DNA from: an uncultured Candidatus Saccharibacteria bacterium
Lineage (GTDB): Bacteria > Patescibacteriota > Minisyncoccia > Phycocordibacterales > PALSA-1337
Direction of reading: 5' to 3'
Assembly: GCA_964529025.1 (NCBI GenBank)
Contig: CAZGUZ010000001.1
Location: 70,163-134,162, forward strand
Length of the DNA stretch: 64,000 nucleotides
Below the pieces are notes generated by a model that saw only the letters and a list, made by a program, of their open reading frames with translations, searched no databases and was not told the DNA's origin. Positions 19,343 through 29,487 of the stretch are shown here, piece after piece (within the stretch, counting starts at the first letter, position 1; every line of letters starts with the position of its first letter). A program made the position numbers and the translations under genes.

Positions 19343-20267
19343 GCAAATAGAAAAAGCCTGCATACGACATGAACATGAATACTCATTCATATACACGGGC
19401 GCAGGCGGTCATTCTCATAAAAAATTATCTAACCTTGTTCAAAATACATGTATAGCTGGCCTACTTGGAAGTATTCTAAGAAATATACTTCGTAACCAAA
19501 CTATTCATCGCTCAGAAAATATATTGGTTAAAGAGGTAATACTGCGAATACAAAAACATTGCAATAACTACCTAGTTGCTCATGTACGTTCTGGACTAGA
19601 GTGGAACTATTATCCAATCAACACTCAAGCCCGAGTACCGAACGATCTTGATGATACCTCATTAGCACTCTATTCACTATCATCACCCTCAAACGCCACC
19701 ATCATTAGCAACCATTGCCACAAGCTCATAGCTAATACTTCTAGTTACGACCACAAAATTAACAGCTGGCTCAGAAGTGCGTGTAATCCAGCGTGGTTTC
19801 ATGAAGACATTACTGTATTAGCAAACTTCGGGCGCCTTTGTGATTTATACGGAATTACACACGAACCTCTTACGAATCGCATTTATCACCACATTACAGA
19901 CGACCGTAAATCTATATTCTACGTAAATAATTGGTGGGCTCTGTATGCACTTTCTACCTGGCTGCATGACACCACACTCTTAAACCAACTCTATGATTCA
20001 TGCGCCTCAAAAGAAAGTAGGAGTTGTGTGTCCACTCTCGAACTCTTATGCTTTCTCAAGCTCAGGCAGCGTGGCATAATAGCACAAATAAACACTCAAG
20101 AAGCACGTGTCACATATCATAATCTCATCACTGCACAAGATAATAATGATGAGACCGGCATATATTACGAAAAAATTAATCGCTCGCAGATCTTGATAGC
20201 TCACTCACCCATAATAAAACTAGCTATTGAGGTCGAAATACTCCTGTATGGTATACACAAAGAATAA
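19287..20267 (+). CDS. Hypothetical protein with class II terpene cyclase / prenyltransferase-like DxDDT motif
   Basis: WNYY...PNDLDDTSLAL. The rest is divergent and the start is uncertain. Confidence 0.5.
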   Translation: MNCKLKQKIITKRILALLKQIEKACIRHEHEYSFIYTGAGGHSHKKLSNLVQNTCIAGLLGSILRNILRNQTIHRSENILVKEVILRIQKHCNNYLVAHVRSGLEWNYYPINTQARVPNDLDDTSLALYSLSSPSNATIISNHCHKLIANTSSYDHKINSWLRSACNPAWFHEDITVLANFGRLCDLYGITHEPLTNRIYHHITDDRKSIFYVNNWWALYALSTWLHDTTLLNQLYDSCASKESRSCVSTLELLCFLKLRQRGIIAQINTQEARVTYHNLITAQDNNDETGIYYEKINRSQILIAHSPIIKLAIEVEILLYGIHKE

Positions 20268-21180
20268 TAAGCCACTTAGTAGCTATCACATTAAATGTGT
20301 ACTCGAAACCCCGGCTCGCATTGCACAATATGCACCAAATAAACTACAGAGCCTCGTCAAACAGACCGGGGATCATCTTGTAACCATATCAAAACACCTC
20401 TGGGCATATTACTGTGACCTTGATATGTATCTGGATACCGGCACTCACAACAGCTTTAATGAACCTAATTCACTCCTTCAGGCAGAAAAGATAATACTCG
20501 AAAAAATCAAAGAACTTCCCGAAGCCTACGCAAATGAGCTACTGGGTCAACATATGCAATTTAAAAAAATCTTCATCAAAAGGAGTTTACGAGAACGCGA
20601 TACTCCTGGGCAGCTCAATGAATTTACCTTGCTCAATCTACCCCTCCTTGGTGTGTTTTTTGGCTCAAAAGGAGATTTATTAGCAATACCAACAATCATT
20701 GCATTTAAACACTCGAGCTTACATCAAAAGACAATAAGCTTTTGCTCGCGCTATATGCGATATTTTGTTCGGGTACGGGCAGTTATTGATGATATTAAAG
20801 ATTGGGAAAATGACCTTCAGTATGGGCATTTAACTTGCATCCACCTTCAATGTATTAAAGCACTCGCCTTAATACAGTACGACCAAACGGAGCATTTATG
20901 CCTTAACCTTAAGGATAGCAGAGAACTCATAAAAACAACTTTATACCAGAAAGTCGTACCCCGATTAATTTATGAAATGATTCGCACTCACCGTGAATAC
21001 ATTAAAGAGATTGACTCTGATGAAATCCTTAGTGATGATTTTAAACGTATTAAGGCAATCCTTGAGCCAGCTCTATCCTACTTCGAAAATCTGGCTAATA
21101 AATACAGGCTTTATTGCGAAAGACAATTACCCACAGCAATTAACATTGATGCTAGTACAAAAATCTGCTATAGTATCTGA
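20248..21180 (+). CDS. Hypothetical protein with class I isoprenoid-synthase-like DDxxD motif
   Basis: VIDDIKDWENDLQYGHLT plus a degenerate first acidic motif (DLDMYLD). Helical-looking sequence. Confidence 0.5.
   Translation: MVYTKNNKPLSSYHIKCVLETPARIAQYAPNKLQSLVKQTGDHLVTISKHLWAYYCDLDMYLDTGTHNSFNEPNSLLQAEKIILEKIKELPEAYANELLGQHMQFKKIFIKRSLRERDTPGQLNEFTLLNLPLLGVFFGSKGDLLAIPTIIAFKHSSLHQKTISFCSRYMRYFVRVRAVIDDIKDWENDLQYGHLTCIHLQCIKALALIQYDQTEHLCLNLKDSRELIKTTLYQKVVPRLIYEMIRTHREYIKEIDSDEILSDDFKRIKAILEPALSYFENLANKYRLYCERQLPTAINIDASTKICYSI
21146..21174 (+). promoter_or_regulatory. Sigma70-like promoter with extended -10
   Basis: TTGATG-N17-TATAGT, with TG at the extended -10 position. Confidence 0.6.
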
Positions 21181-21307
21181 AGAGTTTGGTCTTTTGTTTT
21201 TCTAAAGCTCGCTTCGGCGAGCTTTCCTGTCCTCGCAAAAGCTTTTGCAGGACTTAAGTATAGATGGTTAAGATCTACACTGTGCTTTATAGATAAAAAT
21301 ATAGAGA

Positions 21308-21343
21308 ATAAGAAAGCGGTGGCTATGCCACCGCTTTCTTATT
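21308..21343. terminator. Bidirectional intrinsic terminator
   Basis: AATAAGAAAGCGGTGGC-TAT-GCCACCGCTTTCTTATT perfect inverted repeat between convergent units. Confidence 0.85.
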
Positions 21344-21363
21344 ACACACAACAAACAAAACGA

Positions 21364-21834
21364 TTAAACCTTTGGTGCGTTTGTGTTAGCAGCAGAAGCT
21401 GTATCACAACTCTTAATACATGTATTCGAAGCACAGCAGCAAACATCTTTTCTTAATAAAGAGAAACGACCACTTCCGGTTACAAAGAGTGCAATGGCAT
21501 TAAGGAGAAGAACGAAATCGAATTCCCAACCACCAGAGAATCCTTTTGCCCACTTTAGTGAGACAATTGCTCCAATCATTACAGCAGCAATAAGAATAGC
21601 AGCGATTCGAGCATAAACACCAAGGACAATCATAATACCCCCAATAAGCTCAATGAAAGCAACAACATAAGCTAGGTACGCAGGCAAACCGATACTTGTA
21701 AAAAAACCGGCAGTCCCTGCAAGGTCTGCAACCTTTGCCCAGCCGTGAACGATAAATACTGAACCCAGAGCAATTCGAATAATTACTAAAGCAATATCAT
21801 TATTGCAACAAACTTTATTAAATAAATTTTTCAT
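21364..21834 (-). CDS. DoxX family membrane protein
   Basis: RIALGSVFIVHGWAK, ELIGG, GWEF and GSGRFSL motifs. Confidence 0.9.
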   Translation of the reverse strand: MKNLFNKVCCNNDIALVIIRIALGSVFIVHGWAKVADLAGTAGFFTSIGLPAYLAYVVAFIELIGGIMIVLGVYARIAAILIAAVMIGAIVSLKWAKGFSGGWEFDFVLLLNAIALFVTGSGRFSLLRKDVCCCASNTCIKSCDTASAANTNAPKV

Positions 21835-21850
21835 ATGTGTAAATTGTGTA

Positions 21851-22705
21851 TTAATTATACTCTATCTTGGGTACTAAATACAGATCCTGATTATAGCCGC
21901 CGACTCCAATGTACTCTGCCTTGCTTTGCATGATAAGTTCATATGGTAAACAGTGGCGGCAACCCTTTTCTCCTTGTGGACACACAAATTCTTTTGAATC
22001 GCGTGCATTCTTAACTTGGACAGCGACCTTCATTACCCTCTCGCGAGCACTTACGAGATCGGGCAAATCGACAGTAACCGGTGTATCATCGCGGTCAATA
22101 TACCAATAACTTGCACCTTCTACCTTGCGCTTCTGAATTGCATCGACAATAAGGTGGTATATAGGCAATTGCAATGAATCCTCTTTCTCATCATACTTAC
22201 CTGTTTTAAAATCAAGGATATGTACTTGATCAGTCTCTTCAACATACTGTAGCCAGTCGACTTTGCCACACAAAATAAGATTATCATCTTGCGACAAATA
22301 AAAGTGTGGTAAGTCGCCTTTATTCTTAAAAGCTTTTTTAAGGAGCGGCTGAGGATGATTCTTAACCCTTTCAATCATCGCTCGACCACGCTCAAAAAAA
22401 CTTTTTTCTTCTTCGGGAGAAGTAAAACCGCCAATCTTTCCTGAAACCTTCGCCCATTCTTCTAAAAATCTTTTGTTGAAATCCACACTTGTTCTTTCTT
22501 CTGCTTTTATGTTTGCTAATGGTTCAAGGACACCGTGCACTGCTTGCCCGAGTGACATTGCTGGGGCAACGATACCAACTTTTCGTCTCGTTTTTGGGTT
22601 TTTATACACATTATGCAAATAATACAATCGCGGGCATTTCAAAAAATCACCCATTGAGGAGTGTGATACCCACACTGCGCTAAATTTATCATTTGAAAAA
22701 GCCAT
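21851..22705 (-). CDS. PD-(D/E)XK nuclease-family protein (RecB/AddB/Cas4-like)
   Basis: SHSS..DFLKCPR, GKVD, ILDFKTG, QLPIY and C-terminal CPQGEKGCRHC. Confidence 0.85.
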   Translation of the reverse strand: MAFSNDKFSAVWVSHSSMGDFLKCPRLYYLHNVYKNPKTRRKVGIVAPAMSLGQAVHGVLEPLANIKAEERTSVDFNKRFLEEWAKVSGKIGGFTSPEEEKSFFERGRAMIERVKNHPQPLLKKAFKNKGDLPHFYLSQDDNLILCGKVDWLQYVEETDQVHILDFKTGKYDEKEDSLQLPIYHLIVDAIQKRKVEGASYWYIDRDDTPVTVDLPDLVSARERVMKVAVQVKNARDSKEFVCPQGEKGCRHCLPYELIMQSKAEYIGVGGYNQDLYLVPKIEYN

Positions 22706-22727
22706 ATGTCGTGTAGTAAGTTACTCT

Positions 22728-23354
22728 TTAACGATCTAAGATATCCTTAAGAACAGGAATTACTCTTTGAGCAATTTTTGCATAGCCAGCGTCATTTGGA
22801 TGTACCGCATCGTACATAAGCTCTTTATTGAGGAGGATTCCATCGAGAACATCTGAAACGTATGCGGTCTTATATTTCTTTGAAAGTTCCTCAAACTTCT
22901 CTTCGTAATTATCTCGAAGGAGTCCGCCTCTAACACCAAGCAAAACAACTACGACTCCTCTGTCGGTAAGGCTTTTAACAATATAATCAAGATTCCTCCA
23001 GGTTTCTTCTGGTGGCACTTTACGCAAATAATCATTACCACCGAGTAGAACAAGAACAATACCTGGATCTTCAGCATAAACTTCGCCCAAACGTGCCACG
23101 CCATCGGCTGTGGTGTTTCCGGGAATACCTAGATTTTTAATAGGAATTTTAAGAGCTCTTGAAGTCTGAGAGACGAAGTTATTACCCGTTGTTGCCCCAA
23201 CTCCGTTAATGAGACTGTCTCCGAAAGCAACGATTCGAGCATTTTTAGGAGGGGTATTTGCAATTGTATTACCAGACAATATGAACCAACCAGCAACACA
23301 AATTACGATAAGCACCAACCCTGCCCATAATTTATTCTGCGAAATCGATAGCAT
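22728..23354 (-). CDS. GDSL/SGNH arylesterase
   Basis: FGDSL, GGND and DAVHPN blocks with an N-terminal anchor. Confidence 0.92.
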   Translation of the reverse strand: MLSISQNKLWAGLVLIVICVAGWFILSGNTIANTPPKNARIVAFGDSLINGVGATTGNNFVSQTSRALKIPIKNLGIPGNTTADGVARLGEVYAEDPGIVLVLLGGNDYLRKVPPEETWRNLDYIVKSLTDRGVVVVLLGVRGGLLRDNYEEKFEELSKKYKTAYVSDVLDGILLNKELMYDAVHPNDAGYAKIAQRVIPVLKDILDR

Positions 23355-25553
23355 TTATTTGAGTTGGATTGGGTTTCGACCTAGCTTAATTTCTTTAATT
23401 ACATTATCAGCTTTTGTTTTGTCTTCAGTTGAACCATTCTCGAGAACATACGTTGCCTGCGCTAATGCTTTAGATGGATTCTTAAGTATCATTGCCACGC
23501 CAGCGAGCATAAAGCGATATTCACTATTTTGTGGCTGTGCAAGAATAGCTTCATCAAGACCTTGCTCGGCAAGCTTGTACTGTGACTGTGAAATCAATGC
23601 ACCAATAACCCTTCTATCGGTACGTACATCGCCATATTGCTTAACAAGAGTAGTTGCTTGATCGACTTTGTCTGATAGTAATAAAGTGAGCGTATACATC
23701 ACTCGTGCTTCTGGGTACTCTGGTGACATGTCGTATGCTTTCTTTGCTTCAACAACACCAAGATTTTCTTGTCCAAGAGTCATGAATGAAATTGCTTTTT
23801 CAAGATATACAGTGTGTTTTTGTGGGGTGAGCTTTTCCGCAGTTGCAAGTAACTCTAATGCCCTCTCTGCCTGCCCCATACGATTGAGACTAGAAGCAAG
23901 TATTAAATATGGGCGAGCATCCCCTGGTGTATCTTTAATTTGCTCATACATACCATCTACTGCAGCCTGTACAATTTCGCGCTGCTTATCGGCAGGTATT
24001 GCTGGCGATCCTACAATACCTGTAGCACATACAAGAAACTGCTCTCGTGCTTCTTGTCGAGCAACCGGACTAAGCTGTGCAGCCTGGGTAAAATAAAGCG
24101 CATTTGGCTGTCCAGACTGACAAGAGAACAAACCTTTAATGAGCGAGTAATTTGCTCGTAGCGGGTTAACAATTGTTACGTAGGCAAGAATACAAAGGGC
24201 AACAACAACAGCCGGCATAACAATAAGCTCACGAACGTCTTTTTGCTGAGATACAATCGCAAGCTCTGTTAGCTCTTCACCACCAGATAAATAACTTGCG
24301 AGTGATATCATCAAGAAGAACATCAAATAACTTGTATTATTATCAAAAACAAAAACGTTGTGAACCGCATATGCAATAAGGAAACCAATGAGGGCTGCTT
24401 TCTCTGCTGATTTAAGCGATTTAGTTTTGACGACACTTCGCACTACAAAAAAATACAATGATACGTATGCAAGAAAGCCTAGGAAGCCGCCCGCAACAAG
24501 CCAATCAAGAAAGACGCTGTGGGCACGATCAAACCACTGCTCATGGCGCCACATATCTTTAACATAATGAGAGTTGAATACATAGTTGAATCCTTCTTGA
24601 CCCCAACCAAACAGAGGGCGTTCAAGGGCACCCGTAACTGCAATTGGCCAAATATAACCTCGTGCCTGAGTCTTGTTCTCATTCCATGAAATAGAAGTGT
24701 ATCGCTCAAGAATTGGTGGCAATGTAACTATACCTGTTGCACGAACAGTAAATAGCGCCGCAACACCCAAGAACATAGCCGCAATAATACCCAGAATTAT
24801 ATATCGATACCGAGCTGTTTCCTCTTGATTACGATCAAACCAAACATAAGCAATACCGCCAATACATGCAGCAGCTACTAGACCTATCATTGAACCTCGC
24901 GTTGCAGTAAAGAACAGAACGATACCAAAGTTAACAACAAGGAAAGCATAACCGAGATATACTCCAATATTCTTGACCGAACTACCAACAAACATATAAA
25001 ACGTTAAGAATATATGCACAAGCATGTACACAGCCAAATAAGCAGCATTACCGAGTGTCGCATCCAAACGGGTATCGCTTTGGTGAATTTCTGAAAGACC
25101 CCCCAACTGCATGAGTCCCTTATAACAAACCATAACAGCTGCTCCGAGCGAGAAAGCTATGTATCGGCGCCACTCTGCAGCAGTCTTTAAGAGTGAGCTC
25201 AAAGCAATATAGTATAAATACAAATATAGAATAGTAAAGAATCCTTCCATTCGTTCAAAGTTCGAGAAAAATGCCTTAGATGAATTCTCTGCTCCGAATG
25301 AAGAAATGAGTGTAACAACGACGAGTGCAGTTGTTGCATAAAGTATTGAATTCTTTTTGGGCAAAAAAGAATTATCACGAATAGCAAGCAAAGCCCAAGC
25401 ACCAAAGCCAATTGATATACAAAGTCTGAGCCACAACGCTTTTCCAACAATAAATGGAAAGAACAAACTATTCGCGACAAATAGTGGAGTAAATAAAACA
25501 CCAATCAAAGCGGCCGTCGCAATCCATTTTAAAATTGTATTTGTAGAATTCAT
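23355..25553 (-). CDS. O-antigen ligase / oligosaccharyltransferase-family membrane protein with C-terminal TPRs
   Basis: ATLGNAAYLA, TATRG, RPLFGWGQEGF and DRAHS (Wzy_C-like), then TPR-like helices. Confidence 0.88.
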   Translation of the reverse strand: MNSTNTILKWIATAALIGVLFTPLFVANSLFFPFIVGKALWLRLCISIGFGAWALLAIRDNSFLPKKNSILYATTALVVVTLISSFGAENSSKAFFSNFERMEGFFTILYLYLYYIALSSLLKTAAEWRRYIAFSLGAAVMVCYKGLMQLGGLSEIHQSDTRLDATLGNAAYLAVYMLVHIFLTFYMFVGSSVKNIGVYLGYAFLVVNFGIVLFFTATRGSMIGLVAAACIGGIAYVWFDRNQEETARYRYIILGIIAAMFLGVAALFTVRATGIVTLPPILERYTSISWNENKTQARGYIWPIAVTGALERPLFGWGQEGFNYVFNSHYVKDMWRHEQWFDRAHSVFLDWLVAGGFLGFLAYVSLYFFVVRSVVKTKSLKSAEKAALIGFLIAYAVHNVFVFDNNTSYLMFFLMISLASYLSGGEELTELAIVSQQKDVRELIVMPAVVVALCILAYVTIVNPLRANYSLIKGLFSCQSGQPNALYFTQAAQLSPVARQEAREQFLVCATGIVGSPAIPADKQREIVQAAVDGMYEQIKDTPGDARPYLILASSLNRMGQAERALELLATAEKLTPQKHTVYLEKAISFMTLGQENLGVVEAKKAYDMSPEYPEARVMYTLTLLLSDKVDQATTLVKQYGDVRTDRRVIGALISQSQYKLAEQGLDEAILAQPQNSEYRFMLAGVAMILKNPSKALAQATYVLENGSTEDKTKADNVIKEIKLGRNPIQLK

Positions 25554-25602
25554 ATGTATGAATAGTAACAAAAGGAGCGAGTCTATGCTAGAGTAGAATC
25601 AT

Positions 25603-26874
25603 ATGAAAGTACAGGTAATTGGGGTCAAATTCTTACGCTATCTCGAAAAATACACCAAAACTGATATGGTCTACCTTGCAAAAGGTGGTTTTTGGCTGAG
25701 TATAGGCCAAGGAATGGCCATGGTCTCTTCTTTTGCCCTGTCTGTGCTCCTTGCCCGAGCCCTTCCCCAGGAAACATTTGGAACATATAAATTCATTTTG
25801 TCTATTACAAGTATCATTAGCGGCCTATCACTATCTGGTCTTGGAACAGCACTACTTCAGTCGGTTGCTCGAGGTAAGGACGGCACTCTTTTTCTTGCCA
25901 TCCGCACACAACTTATTTGGACAAGCGTTCTTGGTGTGGCTTTTCTTTTGGTGGCAGGTTATTACACACTCAATGATAATTTCATTATTGCCACATCCTT
26001 ACTTATAGCCGGAGCAACCACGCCTTTTGTAAACTGCTTCGGACTCTATGGCTCATTTTTGAGTGGAAAAAAAGATTTTAAACGATCCACCCTTTATTGG
26101 ATAATTAGCCATGTGGTCAACGTCTCAGTTATAGCAATCATTGCGCTTACAACTCACAATGTAATTTACCTTGTTGCCGGATACTTTGTATCACAACTTA
26201 TTACAAGTATTATTTTTTATCGCAGAACAATTTCTTTATATAATCCCAATAAGAATAACAATGATCCGGAAATGATAACGTATGGATCCCACTTAAGTGC
26301 AATTAATATCTTTGGGACAATAGCAAATCAACTTGATAAAATACTTGTCTTTCACTTTGTGGGTGCTGCCCCTCTTGCAGCATATTCGTTTGCGTTTGCA
26401 ATTCCCGAACAAGTTAAAGGGTCACTTAAAAACCTTGTAACTGTTGGTGTCCCGAAGCTTGCAGAACTCGGAGAGGATCATTTACGAAAAAGTTTAGTAG
26501 ATAAGATACTCCGTCTTACCGTAATTTGTGCTGCCATCGTAGTGCTGTACTGGATTACTGCACCGTATATTTTTGCTGTGCTTTTCCCAGCATATATGAA
26601 TGCTGTCTTTTACTCGCAGCTTTATATGGTAGGGCTTATATTTTTCCCTGGAATTTCACTTTTTGCTTTATATTTTCAGCTCATGCAACAAACAGCAGCA
26701 CAATATAAACTCAGCATTATTGGAAACGTGGTTACCATAGTACTCGGCATCATACTCATTGCTCGATATGGTGCACTTGGGGCTGTACTCGAAAACACCC
26801 TTTCATGGAGCATACTCCTACTTATTAATCTTGTATTTTTTATAATACGCGGCTATAAGATTAGAAAAGTATAA
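25603..26874 (+). CDS. Wzx-type oligosaccharide flippase
   Basis: LARALPQETFGTY, NQLDKIL and YGALGA motifs; about 12 TM. Confidence 0.88.
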   Translation: MKVQVIGVKFLRYLEKYTKTDMVYLAKGGFWLSIGQGMAMVSSFALSVLLARALPQETFGTYKFILSITSIISGLSLSGLGTALLQSVARGKDGTLFLAIRTQLIWTSVLGVAFLLVAGYYTLNDNFIIATSLLIAGATTPFVNCFGLYGSFLSGKKDFKRSTLYWIISHVVNVSVIAIIALTTHNVIYLVAGYFVSQLITSIIFYRRTISLYNPNKNNNDPEMITYGSHLSAINIFGTIANQLDKILVFHFVGAAPLAAYSFAFAIPEQVKGSLKNLVTVGVPKLAELGEDHLRKSLVDKILRLTVICAAIVVLYWITAPYIFAVLFPAYMNAVFYSQLYMVGLIFFPGISLFALYFQLMQQTAAQYKLSIIGNVVTIVLGIILIARYGALGAVLENTLSWSILLLINLVFFIIRGYKIRKV

Positions 26875-27615
26875 TTACTTTTTCTTAAAGACAAAAACGG
26901 TTTCGTGAAATAAACCTCGTGTGCCTGGAATCAAGTTACAACATGTATCAATTATTTTTTGCACAAAAGGAGCAATGGTAGGAATACTCCAAAGCTTCGG
27001 CACAAAAATTCCATATGAGTGTGCTGATTCGATTGAAAAGCCAGCATTAGCGGCCACCTTTTTTATGTGTCTAATTGTTGGGTAAGTATCAAGAAAATCT
27101 ACTCCTTCTTGTCGCAGTTTTCTAACTCGGGCCTCAATAGAATACTTTGCCGCGACGCCGTAAATAAAATAGCCTCCAGATTTTAATTTATTTGAAACAT
27201 GTTCGAACTCATTCTCTAGATCTCCAACATATACTCCAAGCTCAGTCACAATATCGTACTTTTTATCTTGCGCTTCATCCCCTCGTAAAAAATAGTTGAA
27301 TCGAGTGTCTGTAGTCTGCTTTCGTGCTTGTTCAACCATACCTGAGGCAATATCAACAGCATCAATCTGTGCCAAAGCTTTTTGCGTAATCTGATCAAGT
27401 CGGCGCACAACTGAACCGTCAGCGCAACCAATGTCAAAAAGGCTCACCGTGCCCTGCTCTTTAAGACCAAGTACGAGCGGAGCAAATATCTTTTCTACAA
27501 TACCTAATCGTGTACGAAAAATATACTGGGGGTACGACACGAGTTTACCTTCATAGCGCTTTTGAGAATACTGAGAACTTTCTTGAGTGTAATAGCCGGG
27601 AATATCTTTGTGCAT
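26875..27615 (-). CDS. Class I SAM-dependent methyltransferase
   Basis: FDIGCADG, VDIASGM and LKSGG motifs. Confidence 0.85.
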   Translation of the reverse strand: MHKDIPGYYTQESSQYSQKRYEGKLVSYPQYIFRTRLGIVEKIFAPLVLGLKEQGTVSLFDIGCADGSVVRRLDQITQKALAQIDAVDIASGMVEQARKQTTDTRFNYFLRGDEAQDKKYDIVTELGVYVGDLENEFEHVSNKLKSGGYFIYGVAAKYSIEARVRKLRQEGVDFLDTYPTIRHIKKVAANAGFSIESAHSYGIFVPKLWSIPTIAPFVQKIIDTCCNLIPGTRGLFHETVFVFKKK

Positions 27616-27620
27616 ATAAT

Positions 27621-28832
27621 TTATTTATATGTATCATACCAAGAAACTAGTCTTTGTATAAATGCCTCTTGAGAAAATAGTTTTAATGCTGTTTCTTGTG
27701 CTCGTGCAGCTTTACGCTCTGCATCACTTGGATTCCTAAGTACTTCGACAATTGATTGAGATATGAAAGTCACATCAGGATTACCTACGTAGCCCAAATT
27801 ACTATCAATCAACTCTGGGGCACCTCCTCGGTTAGTAACAATAACAGGAACATTCATCATCATTGCTTCAATAATAACAGTTGGTAGTGGGTCAACATAC
27901 TGAGACGGAACAACCACACATAGTGAACGAGCATACACTGATGGCATTTTGTCTCGAGGGAGCCAACCGACGCATTCAAAGCTATCTTGTATAGAATTTT
28001 TTTGAGCATAGCTATTAATCTTTTTCTGCTCAACTTCCGACACACCCACAAGGAGTAACTTTATCTGAGGAAATATTTTGCGAACATCAGACAAAGCCTG
28101 TATAGCAATATAGATTCCTTTTGCTGCCGATGCCCTTCCTCCGAATAATACATACTGAACATCATTGTTTAGTGAGAACTCTTTATTAAGTTCTTCAACT
28201 GTTTTTCTGTCGCGACTCACCTGGCCAAATTTATTTGTATTAATTCCATTATGAATTACACGCTCAACTACCAGACCATTTTCTTCGAGCACTTGCTTAA
28301 GTGCATTACTAACCGCAGCAACTTTTACTTTACAAAGACAATAGCGAATTAATAACTCACGAAATGGATTCCACGTATGTCGAGAAGAAACAAATCTTTC
28401 ACGTAAGGTAATTGTGTGATTATGAGTAACTTTTGATGGGAAAACGGACATTGCATCATGTGCAGTAAAGAATGTTGGCGCCACTTTTTGTGCCAAACAG
28501 CAAACTGCAAAAGAGAAATGTGTGTGAACATTATGAATATGAATTACTCGAGGAGACTCTTGTTTCAAGATCTTACGCACTTTCATGAGCATACTTATAT
28601 TTAAAACTCCGATCCACTGACGAAATACGTCTGGATATGAACTATATATTTTAATTATTTTAACTCCTCCTTGTTCAAAAGTTCCCTCATCTTTTTTATG
28701 ATTACAACGCGTAAGAACAGTGACAGAATATCCATGTGTCACTAAACCTTCTGCATGCTCTGCTGCAATAGCACCCGCTCCCCCTGTAACAATTGGAGGG
28801 TAGTCATCAGTAATAATACAAATTTTATTCAT
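27621..28832 (-). CDS. GT4 glycosyltransferase
   Basis: YPPIVTGGA, IHNGI, KG and DPLPTVIIEAM motifs. Confidence 0.88.
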   Translation of the reverse strand: MNKICIITDDYPPIVTGGAGAIAAEHAEGLVTHGYSVTVLTRCNHKKDEGTFEQGGVKIIKIYSSYPDVFRQWIGVLNISMLMKVRKILKQESPRVIHIHNVHTHFSFAVCCLAQKVAPTFFTAHDAMSVFPSKVTHNHTITLRERFVSSRHTWNPFRELLIRYCLCKVKVAAVSNALKQVLEENGLVVERVIHNGINTNKFGQVSRDRKTVEELNKEFSLNNDVQYVLFGGRASAAKGIYIAIQALSDVRKIFPQIKLLLVGVSEVEQKKINSYAQKNSIQDSFECVGWLPRDKMPSVYARSLCVVVPSQYVDPLPTVIIEAMMMNVPVIVTNRGGAPELIDSNLGYVGNPDVTFISQSIVEVLRNPSDAERKAARAQETALKLFSQEAFIQRLVSWYDTYK

Positions 28833-28833
28833 A

Positions 28834-29484
28834 CTATTTCTTTTGTATCACACAAGCCCAACCAATTGCATGCTTACGATTTGCAGTTGAAGTATTTATA
28901 GAATCGAGCTTAAGAGCTAGTTTACCGGCAATAAGAGCAAACTTACCAAATACCCTTCCTAAAATCTTTCGCTGGTGCAAGTGCAGCGAATCCATACAGT
29001 ATCGTATAAAAATCTGTGAGATTACACAAAAGAAGCCTCCACGTTGATTCATTTCTACAATAGAAAAACCGGCATCTTCGAAAATGCGTTTGAGGCCAAA
29101 CGATGTATATCTAAAGTAATCATGGGGCTCTTCATGAAGCTCATTCATTTGTGGGACTGTAACAAGAGCATAGCCACCTTTTTTAAGGACTCTTGCCATT
29201 TCTTGTGCCCCCAAATCGGGATAACGAATATGTTCAAACACTTGCGTACACACAATTGAATCAACAGAATTTGCTTCGAGTGGAATCTTATCAACGCTAC
29301 CAACCAAATCAACTGTATCTGCATGTGCCACATCCATGCGAATCATCTTTTGAACATTAAATAGCTTTCCGTATCTATTATAATGACCAGCACCAACATC
29401 AAGACAAGTACCTTTTACATAATGAGAAAACTTTTGTACTTGTTCAAGTAAAATATGTCGATCTGGTTGAAAAATGTATGTCAT
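28834..29484 (-). CDS. Methyltransferase type 11
   Basis: LDVGAG, TQVFEHI, RVLKKGG and HEEPHDYFRYT motifs. Confidence 0.88.
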   Translation of the reverse strand: MTYIFQPDRHILLEQVQKFSHYVKGTCLDVGAGHYNRYGKLFNVQKMIRMDVAHADTVDLVGSVDKIPLEANSVDSIVCTQVFEHIRYPDLGAQEMARVLKKGGYALVTVPQMNELHEEPHDYFRYTSFGLKRIFEDAGFSIVEMNQRGGFFCVISQIFIRYCMDSLHLHQRKILGRVFGKFALIAGKLALKLDSINTSTANRKHAIGWACVIQKK

Positions 29485-29487
29485 AAA

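Noticed and set aside
21851-22705. CRISPR-Cas locus suggested by the Cas4-like nuclease
   Set aside because: No repeat-spacer array or other cas genes seen in the window.
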